From contig JAGXSE010000065.1 in NCBI GenBank assembly GCA_018333865.1, positions 48,794 through 112,793 on the forward strand: a DNA stretch of 64,000 nucleotides, read 5' to 3'. Source of the stretch: Syntrophomonadaceae bacterium (GTDB lineage: Bacteria; Bacillota; PH28-bin88). This document shows positions 50,270-58,614 of this stretch, piece by piece. Positions within the stretch are counted from its first letter, which is position 1, and the number at the start of each line of letters is the position of its first letter. A model generated the notes under the pieces. The model did not search any database. It saw only the letters and a program-made list of their open reading frames with translations, and was not told the origin of the DNA. The translations under genes and the position numbers were made by a program.

Positions 50270-50292
50270 TATTCTTAACAAATGGTTTGGTG

Positions 50293-51453
50293 CTAAAAAA
50301 TACTGGTCTCCTTAGGTTTATCGTTTCCACTACAGGAAAATCTGGCTGGGGACAGGCTCTTGATTTCCATGGAACGTACCTTTCTATCAACCAGCAGTTC
50401 AGCCAGTAGCAAGCCAATAGCTGGCGCATGCATGAAACCATGGCCGGTAAAGCCGTTAGCACAATAAAAACCTTCTGCCTCCTGCGCCTCCCCCAGGACA
50501 GGCTGGAAGTCGGGGGTAACTGACCTGAGCCCGGCATAGGCCTTGCTGATCTTTGCTTCGTTCAGGAGAGGTATTCGCTTAATTGCGGCTTGGGCGACCG
50601 TTTCCAAGCCGCTCCAATCGACAGAAATATCCATGCCCGGGGCTGTTGTTTTATCAGTACCCCCCATTAAAAGCTGCCCGTTTAGTTCTTGATGCAGGTA
50701 AAATCCGCTGTCCATATCAACTGTTAGGGGTATATTCCTGGGCAAGCTAGGGATGGGCTCGGCTACAAAAACCTGCCGCCGGTAGGGTGTTACCGGCAGG
50801 TTTACCCCTGCTAAACCGGCCACACTGGCGGCATAGGGGCCACCGGCATTGATGATCCTTGTTGTCGAGACAGTTTGTTTGCTGGTAATCACACGCCGGA
50901 CCTTCCCTTTTTCAACGCCAATGCCAATAACTGGTTCTTCAAAAAAATATTTGACACCAAGCCTTTTCCCGCTATTCAAATAGCCTTTAACCATTTCCGA
51001 TGGATCTGCAGATCCGTCAATAGAGCAAAAACTGCCCCCCTGAAGGTCAGTGGTGATCAGGTATGGAAACCGCCGGGCGATTTCATCCCTGTATAAAAGT
51101 TCAGAGGGTACGCCCAATTCTTGCTGTAGCAGAATATCCTTGGCAAACAATTCCATTTGCGCAGGGCAAGCAGTAACAAATAGGTAGCCGTTTTGCCGGT
51201 AGTTGATGTGATAGCCCATTTCTTCTGCAAAGGATTGAAAAAATGGGACACTCAGGAGAGAAAGCTGAATGTTTTCCCTGGCGGAAAATTGGTAGCGGAT
51301 GCCGCCGGTGCAGGCCGCCGTGGAACCGGTTCCTTCAAACTTTTCTTTTTCCAAAACAATGACCTTTAAGCCAGGGTCTTTTTTCTTCAAGTTATAGGCA
51401 ACGCTTAACCCAATGATTCCGGCTCCAATCACGACTACATCGGCCATATGCAC
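50293..51453 (-). CDS. FAD-dependent oxidoreductase (DAO family)
   Basis: N-terminal VVVIGAGIIGLSVAY dinucleotide fold, about 386 aa. Confidence 0.8.
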   Translation of the reverse strand: MHMADVVVIGAGIIGLSVAYNLKKKDPGLKVIVLEKEKFEGTGSTAACTGGIRYQFSARENIQLSLLSVPFFQSFAEEMGYHINYRQNGYLFVTACPAQMELFAKDILLQQELGVPSELLYRDEIARRFPYLITTDLQGGSFCSIDGSADPSEMVKGYLNSGKRLGVKYFFEEPVIGIGVEKGKVRRVITSKQTVSTTRIINAGGPYAASVAGLAGVNLPVTPYRRQVFVAEPIPSLPRNIPLTVDMDSGFYLHQELNGQLLMGGTDKTTAPGMDISVDWSGLETVAQAAIKRIPLLNEAKISKAYAGLRSVTPDFQPVLGEAQEAEGFYCANGFTGHGFMHAPAIGLLLAELLVDRKVRSMEIKSLSPARFSCSGNDKPKETSIF

Positions 51454-51650
51454 TGTGCGTCACTCCTAATCGACATGATATCCTCATCTTATACTTTACA
51501 ATGCTTTCCCGTCAACCCAATGTAATTCAGCATGATTAGATCAAACTCGCCTGGATCAGTCCGGACATTGGCTTGAGGCATGAAAGGATTTCGATTGCCG
51601 GATGCAGAAGTAACTATTAACGTCATTATTCTGGAGGGTGCAGATAAAAT

Positions 51651-52694
51651 ATGCAGTTTGATAAACCAGTACTGGCCATAGACGTGGGCGGAGGGACCCA
51701 GGATATTTTTTTATTTCAACCCGGTCAATCCGTGGAAAACTCTGTGCAGATGGTCCTGCCTTCCCAGACCCAGGTAATTGCCCGTCAGATCAGGGAAATC
51801 ACCGACAGACGAGAAGACCTGTTCCTGACGGGGAGTTTAATGGGCGGGGGGGCTTCCAGTTCAGCCATCCGAAAACACCTTGCCGCCGGGTGCCGGGTTT
51901 ATGCTAACCCTGAGGCCGCCAAAACCCTGGACGATGACCTGCATAAGGTGCGGGCAACGGGAGTTATAATTACTGAAAGCCAACCCAGAAACACTGTCTC
52001 AGTTACAATGGGCGATATCAACCTGCCGGCCCTGGCAGCGGCTCTAAAGACTTTTGCCGTTGAACTGCCGGAACAGATTGTGGTTGCTGTGCAGGACCAT
52101 GGGGAAAGCCCGGGCTTCAGCAACAGGTTATTCCGCTTCCAGCACTGGCAGCGTTTTGTAGCTGAAGGTGGTGATATCAGACGGCTTTTATACAGTGAGG
52201 TTCCCTCATACCTGACCAGGATGCTGGCAGTTAAAGCTTTGCTACCCCAGGCTTATCTGGCCGATACGGGTACCGCTGCCATTTGGGGGGCATTGGAAGA
52301 CCCGCAGGTGGCCGTAAAACAGGCTGAAGGGGTAATCCTGCTCAATGTGGGAAATCAGCATACGGTGGGAGTGCTGCTGAAAAAATGGCAAGTCTATGGG
52401 CTGTTTGAACACCATACCGGCTTGCTGAATTCTGGAAAGTTGATTGACTATATCGAAAGGCTCCGCATGGGAGCATTAACCCATGCCGAAGTATACCAGG
52501 ATGGCGGTCATGGCTGTTATATCAGCCCAGACTATAATCCGGCGTCAGGGTTTAATCTGGTAGCCGTCACCGGGCCAAGACGAGCCATGACATGGGGAGC
52601 TGGGTATTATTTGGCTGTGCCCCACGGCAACATGATGCTGGCCGGCGCCTTCGGACTGGTAGCAGCATTGGCTGCCCGACAAATAGAGCAATAA
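51651..52694 (+). CDS. ASKHA-fold protein (possibly DUF1786-like)
   Basis: N-terminal LAIDVGGGTQDIF phosphate-1-like motif; no Fe-S Cys motifs; assignment from memory. Confidence 0.4.
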   Translation: MQFDKPVLAIDVGGGTQDIFLFQPGQSVENSVQMVLPSQTQVIARQIREITDRREDLFLTGSLMGGGASSSAIRKHLAAGCRVYANPEAAKTLDDDLHKVRATGVIITESQPRNTVSVTMGDINLPALAAALKTFAVELPEQIVVAVQDHGESPGFSNRLFRFQHWQRFVAEGGDIRRLLYSEVPSYLTRMLAVKALLPQAYLADTGTAAIWGALEDPQVAVKQAEGVILLNVGNQHTVGVLLKKWQVYGLFEHHTGLLNSGKLIDYIERLRMGALTHAEVYQDGGHGCYISPDYNPASGFNLVAVTGPRRAMTWGAGYYLAVPHGNMMLAGAFGLVAALAARQIEQ

Positions 52695-53415
52695 AGCATA
52701 CAAATCGCAATATTTTATACTTGTCTGGGAAAAACATAAATAATAAGCTTAAAATTAAGAAGGATACAAGGAGGTTTTCACTATGTCTGTATTGGAGGAT
52801 ATCAAACAAGCAGTGATTGACGGGAACGCTCCCAAGGTGAAAGCTATAACTGAAAGAGCTCTGGTCGAAGGAATCAGTATTAACGACATCATCAACGAAG
52901 GCTTAATCGGTGGGATGAGCTATATCGGCGTCAGGTTTAAAAACAACGAAGTCTATGTGCCCGAGGTCTTGATTGCCGCCAGGGCGATGCATGCGGGCAT
53001 GGGTGTGATGAAACCTTTGTTAACGGGTGAAAATTTTCAATCTAAAGGCACCTTTGTAATCGGCACCGTAAAAGGTGATCTCCACGACATCGGCAAGAAC
53101 CTGGTGATCATGATGATGGAAGGAGCTGGCTTTAAGGTTGTTGACCTGGGGATAGATGTGCCAACGGAAAAGTTCATTAAAGCCATTGAGGAGCATAAAC
53201 CCCAGATTGTCGGGCTTTCAGCCTTGTTGACTACAACCATGGTCCAGATGAAAAACACCATTCAAGAACTTAAGCCTTACCGCAATGAAATCAAAGTGAT
53301 GATCGGCGGAGCGCCGCTAACCCAAAAGTTTGCCGATGAAATCGGCGCCGATGCCTATGCTCCGGATGCGGCTACTGCTGTCGAACTGGCGACAGAACTT
53401 CTGGCTTCATAGCTG
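52695..53415 (+). repeat. direct repeat copy 1 (corrinoid-protein gene plus upstream element)
   Basis: About 95% nucleotide identity by eye to 56480-57193 across the coding region; upstream shares ACAAATCGCAATAT...ACTTGTCT. Confidence 0.8.
52783..53412 (+). CDS. cobalamin-binding corrinoid protein
   Basis: 209 aa; B12-binding motif GDLHDIGKNLV (DxHxxG) and Rossmann-like domain; AAGGAGG RBS. Confidence 0.85.
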   Translation: MSVLEDIKQAVIDGNAPKVKAITERALVEGISINDIINEGLIGGMSYIGVRFKNNEVYVPEVLIAARAMHAGMGVMKPLLTGENFQSKGTFVIGTVKGDLHDIGKNLVIMMMEGAGFKVVDLGIDVPTEKFIKAIEEHKPQIVGLSALLTTTMVQMKNTIQELKPYRNEIKVMIGGAPLTQKFADEIGADAYAPDAATAVELATELLAS

Positions 53416-53432
53416 AAAGGAGGCCGACCTCA

Positions 53433-54227
53433 GTGCTGGTTGTCGGCGAATTAATCAATTCTACCCGTAAAGCCATTGCCCAGGCCCTGGAGCAAAGAGA
53501 CCAGGCTTACCTGCAGGATTTGGCCCGGCGCCAGGTAGAGGCTGGCGCTTTGATCATCGATGTCAATGCGGCAATCGGTGGTAATGAAGCTGATCGCATG
53601 AAGTGGCTGGTAGAAATCGTGCAGGAAGCGGTGGGGGTGCCTCTTTGTATTGACAGTCCAAGTGCTGCTGCTATTGAGGCCGGTCTGGCCGTCTGCCGGG
53701 AAAAAGCCATGCTGAACTCCATTACGGCAGAAGACTACCGTTGGAACGAACTCTTGCCAGTTGTGCAAAAGTACAAGCCCCGCGTAATCGCCCTTTGTAT
53801 GGGTGACGGACCAATGCCTGAAACTACCCTTGACCGCCTGCGGGAAGCAGAAAAACTGGTGCCAGGCCTGGTGGCTGCGGGCATCCCGATTGAGGACATT
53901 TACCTTGATCCATTAATTAAACCCCTGGGGGTTAATACTAAACATGCTATGGAAGCCTTAGAAAGCACCCGTGCCTTACGCCTGGAATATCCCGGTGTAC
54001 ATATTATCTGTGGTTTATCCAATGTTTCTTTTGGCCTGCCAGAGCGTCGCCTGTTAAACAGAGCCTTTATGGTGATGGCAATTTCCTCTGGCATGGATGC
54101 CCTTATTATGGATCCCCTGGATCACCCTACCATGTCCTTCTTAGCGGCTGCCAGGGCTTTAGTTGGGCAGGACGAATACTGCCTGGAATACATTGCCGGT
54201 GTCAGGTCAGGAAGGGTTAAGGCTTAG
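53433..54227 (+). CDS. pterin-binding methyltransferase (methylcorrinoid:tetrahydrofolate type, MtrH/AcsE-like)
   Basis: 264 aa DHPS-like barrel; GELINS start, IDVNAA and HIICGLSNVSFGLP segments. Confidence 0.7.
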   Translation: MLVVGELINSTRKAIAQALEQRDQAYLQDLARRQVEAGALIIDVNAAIGGNEADRMKWLVEIVQEAVGVPLCIDSPSAAAIEAGLAVCREKAMLNSITAEDYRWNELLPVVQKYKPRVIALCMGDGPMPETTLDRLREAEKLVPGLVAAGIPIEDIYLDPLIKPLGVNTKHAMEALESTRALRLEYPGVHIICGLSNVSFGLPERRLLNRAFMVMAISSGMDALIMDPLDHPTMSFLAAARALVGQDEYCLEYIAGVRSGRVKA

Positions 54228-54259
54228 AGAAAGGTAATAAAAAATGGGGGTGGCTAAAA

Positions 54260-55405
54260 ATGGGAGCACTAACCCCGCGGGAACGGGTCCGGCGGGCACT
54301 AAGTTTCCAGGAGCCTGACCGGGTTCCCACCGATGTGGGAACCAGTGCAGCGACAGGGATCACCCTGGGGGCTTATGAGCAATTAAAGCAGTATCTAAAG
54401 ATGCCTGATGCTACTGGGAGCGTAAATCACTTGATGTTTCAGACGGTAACGGCAGATCACCGGGTGCTGGAAAGGCTGGGAGTGGATTTCCGTCCGGTAT
54501 ACTATCGCCCGCCTGCCGAAAACAAGGGTATTTGGGGGCCTGATGACACTTTTGTCACAGAATGGGGGTTTACTGTCAAACGGCCTGAAGGCGGCCTGTA
54601 TTATGACATTATTAAAAGCCCATTGCTAGAGGCAGAAATAGAAGACCTGGACAGGTATCCCTGGCCGGATCCCCATGACCCAGGCCGGATCGCCGGAGTG
54701 GCTAAAGAGGCCAAGGAACTCTACGAGCAGACAGATTATGCAATATTTGGCCCGGGCATGGAAGGCGGATTTTTCGAGCTTTCCTGGTATTTAAGAGGAA
54801 TAGAGCGCTTTTTTATGGACCTAATCGAAAACAAAGAGTTTGTCCACGCCCTGTTCCGGAAGCTTTTGGATTATCGCAAGGCTTTATTGGGACGTTATCT
54901 TGATGCAGCAGGAAAATACCTGGATGTAGTGTATTACGGGGACGACATCGCCATGCAGACCGGCCCTTTGATGTCTTTAGGGCTCTACCGGGAGCTGGTC
55001 AAGCCCTATCAAAAAGAGCTGTTCAGTTTTATTAAAGAAAAGACCGAGGCCAAGCTCTTCTACCACACCTGTGGCAGCGTGGTAAAGTACTTGGACGATC
55101 TGATCGAGATCGGGGTTGATATCATTAACCCCGTTCAGGTCAGCGCCAAGGATATGGATACTGCCAGGTTAAAGCAAAGCTATGGCCATCGGCTGGTATT
55201 CTGGGGCGGGATCGATACCCAGCATGTCTTGCCTTTTGGTACAGAAGAAGAAGTAGAGGAAGAGGTAAAAAGGCGGATTAAAGACCTGGCTCCGGGCGGC
55301 GGCTATGTCTTGGGGCCTGTGCATAACGTCCAGCCTGACGTGCCTCCCCAGAACCTGGTGCGAGTTTTCCAGGCCGCCAGCCAGTACGGTGTTTATCATA
55401 GATAG
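54260..55405 (+). CDS. URO-D/MtaA-family methyltransferase (substrate:corrinoid type), copy 1
   Basis: 381 aa with PDRVP near N-terminus and HTCGS, GGGYVLGPVHNV segments. Confidence 0.8.
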   Translation: MGALTPRERVRRALSFQEPDRVPTDVGTSAATGITLGAYEQLKQYLKMPDATGSVNHLMFQTVTADHRVLERLGVDFRPVYYRPPAENKGIWGPDDTFVTEWGFTVKRPEGGLYYDIIKSPLLEAEIEDLDRYPWPDPHDPGRIAGVAKEAKELYEQTDYAIFGPGMEGGFFELSWYLRGIERFFMDLIENKEFVHALFRKLLDYRKALLGRYLDAAGKYLDVVYYGDDIAMQTGPLMSLGLYRELVKPYQKELFSFIKEKTEAKLFYHTCGSVVKYLDDLIEIGVDIINPVQVSAKDMDTARLKQSYGHRLVFWGGIDTQHVLPFGTEEEVEEEVKRRIKDLAPGGGYVLGPVHNVQPDVPPQNLVRVFQAASQYGVYHR

Positions 55406-55659
55406 CTACCCGCTCTAATCCCCCCACTAGTTGGGACATTCCTTTAAAGCGGCGGGATAAGAGCGGTTACGCTACACAAAGTTGGGGACATTCCTGTCCC
55501 AAAAAAATGGCCTGAGCTTCAGCAGGTGTGTCCCCGTTCCTTTTATCTGGCTCTAAGCTTCAGTGGGGGTAGTAATCCCCCCTCTGAAGCCAAGACCCAG
55601 TTGAACCAATCAGATTATAGCCCCTTCGATAGCTTAAAATAACCCAAGTATAAAACAGG

Positions 55660-55695
55660 CTGGAAGTGCCTTCGCCTAGGCGAAGGCACTTCCAG
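55660..55695 (+). repeat. 36-nt perfect inverted repeat (hairpin)
   Basis: CTGGAAGTGCCTTCGCC-TA-GGCGAAGGCACTTCCAG; no T-run on the plus side, T-rich on the minus side. Confidence 0.7.
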
Positions 55696-55723
55696 CAATT
55701 CTCATGGCCTCTAGCAACGCAGA

Positions 55724-55751
55724 TTGCATTTTTCGCCATTTCCTTTATAAT
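55724..55751 (+). promoter_or_regulatory. sigma-A-type promoter for the small two-gene cassette
   Basis: TTGCAT at 55724-55729, 16-nt spacer, TATAAT at 55746-55751. Confidence 0.45.
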
Positions 55752-55809
55752 CTAAGATAGCAGTGGTATGATGTCAAGCAACTAAATAGTATACCAAGGG
55801 GGTGTTTTT

Positions 55810-56067
55810 ATGGTTCCGTCACCCAAAGTTAAGAAACATCTCAGTGAGATCAAAAGAGAGCAGTGGACAGAGGCGGAATTGAGAGAGCTGCTCAAAGCCA
55901 TTGCCCGGGATTTCCAATTGCAAATCGAGATATCCGGCGAATCTGCAGATGATGATTTTTGGGCACTCACCCCGGATGAGGATCAGCATTTCAATGACCT
56001 GCTGGTCAAATCAGCGAGAGACACCAAAAATAAGTGTTTTACCGAATACAGTAGGCCGCAGCTCTAA
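55810..56067 (+). CDS. small acidic protein (antitoxin-like)
   Basis: 85 aa; acidic C-terminal half; ATG with AAGGGGG RBS; 2 nt from the next ORF. Confidence 0.3.
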   Translation: MVPSPKVKKHLSEIKREQWTEAELRELLKAIARDFQLQIEISGESADDDFWALTPDEDQHFNDLLVKSARDTKNKCFTEYSRPQL

Positions 56068-56069
56068 TC

Positions 56070-56396
56070 ATGCGCAGAAAGATCAGATTTCGCAGAACTC
56101 ATACCTATAATGAGGAATTGTTAAACATCCGGGAATTCAACCGGGAATTGGCCGAACAGATTGAAGAAAAGCGAGAGTATTTTGAGCGTTGCCTGACCAA
56201 TCCCCCTTACCTTCCGTCACCAGGCCTCAACATGGAGACACTGGAGGGTAAAATTACCCGGCCCGATTGGCTGAGAGGGTACCCTAAACTATACAGCTTC
56301 AGGGTGAATAAATATGCCCGAGTAATTTTCTGGTGGGCTGAAGACGGAACATGCGAGTATTTATTTCCTTTTGCCAAGCATTACAGAAGAAGTTGA
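56070..56396 (+). CDS. small basic protein with RelE/YoeB-like C-terminal pattern (toxin-like)
   Basis: 108 aa; C-terminus YSFRVNKYARVIFWWAEDGTCEYLFPFAKHYRR fits the RelE/ParE/YoeB core pattern. Confidence 0.3.
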   Translation: MRRKIRFRRTHTYNEELLNIREFNRELAEQIEEKREYFERCLTNPPYLPSPGLNMETLEGKITRPDWLRGYPKLYSFRVNKYARVIFWWAEDGTCEYLFPFAKHYRRS

Positions 56397-56423
56397 AGCT
56401 TCCTGCGAGGGAGGCTTTTTTTT
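56397..56423 (+). terminator. rho-independent terminator
   Basis: Stem AGCTTCC/GGAGGCT (one G-U) followed by TTTTTTTT. Confidence 0.6.
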
Positions 56424-56479
56424 CAGTTCTTCAAAATGCTGGCTAACATTAAACACCAAAAAAGCAAAATAACAAACAA

Positions 56480-57193
56480 ATCGCAATATATTGAACTTGT
56501 CTTATGGAAGGCAAAGGCAGTAGTATTAGATTAAGGAAAGGACTACAAAGGAGGTATTTGATACCAGTGTTGGAAGATATCAAGCAAGCAGTGATTGACG
56601 GGAACGCTCCCAAGATGAAAGCTATTACTGAAAGAGCACTGGCCGAAGGAATCAGTATTAATGACATCATCAACGAAGGCTTAATCGGCGGGATGAGCTA
56701 TATCGGTGTCAAGTTTAAAAACAACGAAGTATATGTGCCCGAGGTCTTGATTGCCGCCAGGGCAATGCATGCAGGCATGGGTGTGATTAAGCCCTTGTTA
56801 ACTGGTGAAAATTTTCAATCTAAAGGCACCTTCGTAATCGGCACCGTAAAAGGTGATCTCCACGACATCGGCAAGAACCTGGTGATCATGATGATGGAAG
56901 GCGCCGGCTTTAAGGTAGTTGACCTGGGGATAGATGTACCAACGGAAAAGTTTATTCAAGCGATCGAGGAGCACAAACCCCAAATTGTCGGGCTTTCAGC
57001 CTTGTTGACCACAACCATGGTCCAGATGAAAAACACCATTCAAGAACTGAAGCCTTACCGCAATGAAATCAAGGTGATGATCGGCGGAGCGCCGGTTACC
57101 CAAAAGTTTGCCGATGAAATCGGAGCCGATGCCTATGCCCCCGATGCGGCCACAGCTGTAGAACTGGCGACAGATCTACTGGCTTCATAGCTA
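56480..57193 (+). repeat. direct repeat copy 2 (corrinoid-protein gene plus upstream element)
   Basis: Near-identical to 52695-53415; see copy 1. Confidence 0.8.
56567..57190 (+). CDS. cobalamin-binding corrinoid protein, copy 2
   Basis: GTG 56567 aligns with copy 1 N-terminus (VLEDIKQAVIDG); same GDLHDIGKNLV motif; AAGGAGG RBS. Confidence 0.85.
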   Translation: MLEDIKQAVIDGNAPKMKAITERALAEGISINDIINEGLIGGMSYIGVKFKNNEVYVPEVLIAARAMHAGMGVIKPLLTGENFQSKGTFVIGTVKGDLHDIGKNLVIMMMEGAGFKVVDLGIDVPTEKFIQAIEEHKPQIVGLSALLTTTMVQMKNTIQELKPYRNEIKVMIGGAPVTQKFADEIGADAYAPDAATAVELATDLLAS

Positions 57194-57337
57194 TTGTTGA
57201 CATTAATCTGACTGCGCCATCCATCGTTAAGCACCAAAATTTCTTGTGTTGCCAATGTCTGATTATAAAGGATTTCTTAAAAGAGAAATTTGTGCGCCAG
57301 GATCTAACTTGTGATCGTGATAGTGTTTAAGTTGAAA

Positions 57338-57360
57338 GAAGTATTTGCACAGAATACTTC
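57338..57360 (+). promoter_or_regulatory. 8-bp-stem hairpin between corrinoid gene 2 and the methyltransferase
   Basis: GAAGTATT-tgcacag-AATACTTC; not followed by a T-run. Confidence 0.3.
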
Positions 57361-57415
57361 TATGCAATAAAAAGTTTGAATATTATGAGATTTTAAGAAC
57401 GGAGGCTTGCTAGGC

Positions 57416-58513
57416 ATGACCGAAATGAAACCTAGGCAACGTGTCTTAACAGCATTAAACTTAGGAGTTCCAGATAGGGTTCCATTTATGGAAAGTGCTA
57501 TAGATGAGATTTTACAGGTTCAATTAATGGGCAGAGATAATTTTACCCCAGATGAGCTATGTGAAAAATTGGGATTGGATGCTTTTGGTTATGACTATCC
57601 TGCTACCGGTGGAGAGCTAGGAACAGGGGAAGTTGCAAGGGGTATAACCACCCATGATGTATATTACTTTCCTAAAAGAATAACTTTTGATTTCCTGCCT
57701 CCGTGGATCGCTGATAAAGGAGAGGGGGTGGCGGGGCGTAGTTTTATAAAAAAAGGATTGCTAACCGATAATGATTCCATTGCACTATTTGATAAATTTC
57801 TTCCCGATCCCCATCACCTAGCCCGATACGACATTGTTTCTGATTGGATATCAAAATACAAAAAAGACTATGCGGTTTTTGCCCGCATTCGGCTGGGTGC
57901 AGCTCCCACGATTAATAGCATGGGCTTTGAGGAGTTGTGTTACAAAATTTTCGACAACCCCAATTTAGTTAAGGAAGTACACAGGAGGTTTTCTGAATGG
58001 ACGGCTCAGGTTATTCAGCACCTAAATAAAATGGACTTTGATTTTATTTGGGCGGCTGACGATATAGCCGATAATAAAGGTCCTTGGTTTTCACCAGCGA
58101 TTTTTCAAGAATTCTTTTTACCGTATATGAAGATTGCAGCCGATGAAATTAAGAAACCATGGGTCTTTCACAGTGACGGTAATTTGTTCCCTATTATGGA
58201 TGATTTGTTATCCTTGGGGATGCAAGGCATCCACCCATTGCAGCCTGCTGCAATGGACATTGTAAAAATGAAGGAAGATTACGGCCACAGGGTATGCCTT
58301 GTTGGTAATATCGATCTTGATTATACATTGACCCGGGGAACACCTGAAGAAGTGGAAGAGGAGGTTAAACAGCGGATTGAAACGATTGGCCAGAAAGGAG
58401 GTTATATTGTTAGCAGTGCTAATAGTCTAGCTTCATATGTAAAACCGGAGAATGCCTTAGCTTTGGGGCAAGCAGTCAAAAAGTACGGAAAGTATCCCTT
58501 AATTATTGATTGA
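57416..58513 (+). CDS. URO-D/MtaA-family methyltransferase, copy 2 (divergent paralog)
   Basis: PDRVP N-terminal motif, HSDGN and GGYIVSSANS segments; distant from copy 1. Confidence 0.8.
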   Translation: MTEMKPRQRVLTALNLGVPDRVPFMESAIDEILQVQLMGRDNFTPDELCEKLGLDAFGYDYPATGGELGTGEVARGITTHDVYYFPKRITFDFLPPWIADKGEGVAGRSFIKKGLLTDNDSIALFDKFLPDPHHLARYDIVSDWISKYKKDYAVFARIRLGAAPTINSMGFEELCYKIFDNPNLVKEVHRRFSEWTAQVIQHLNKMDFDFIWAADDIADNKGPWFSPAIFQEFFLPYMKIAADEIKKPWVFHSDGNLFPIMDDLLSLGMQGIHPLQPAAMDIVKMKEDYGHRVCLVGNIDLDYTLTRGTPEEVEEEVKQRIETIGQKGGYIVSSANSLASYVKPENALALGQAVKKYGKYPLIID

Positions 58514-58614
58514 TTAAAACGAGGGGGGGGAGATTTTATATAAGTGTTCGGTGTAGTAACTTTTGTGTTGTGGAATAACAGCTAAAACATGATATTTGAA
58601 AGGGGGAGGGTTAG

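Noticed and set aside
55406-55809. Cobalamin riboswitch in the structured intergenic region
   Set aside because: I could not find a B12-box-like element or the expected multi-stem arrangement; kept as an unclassified structured region instead.
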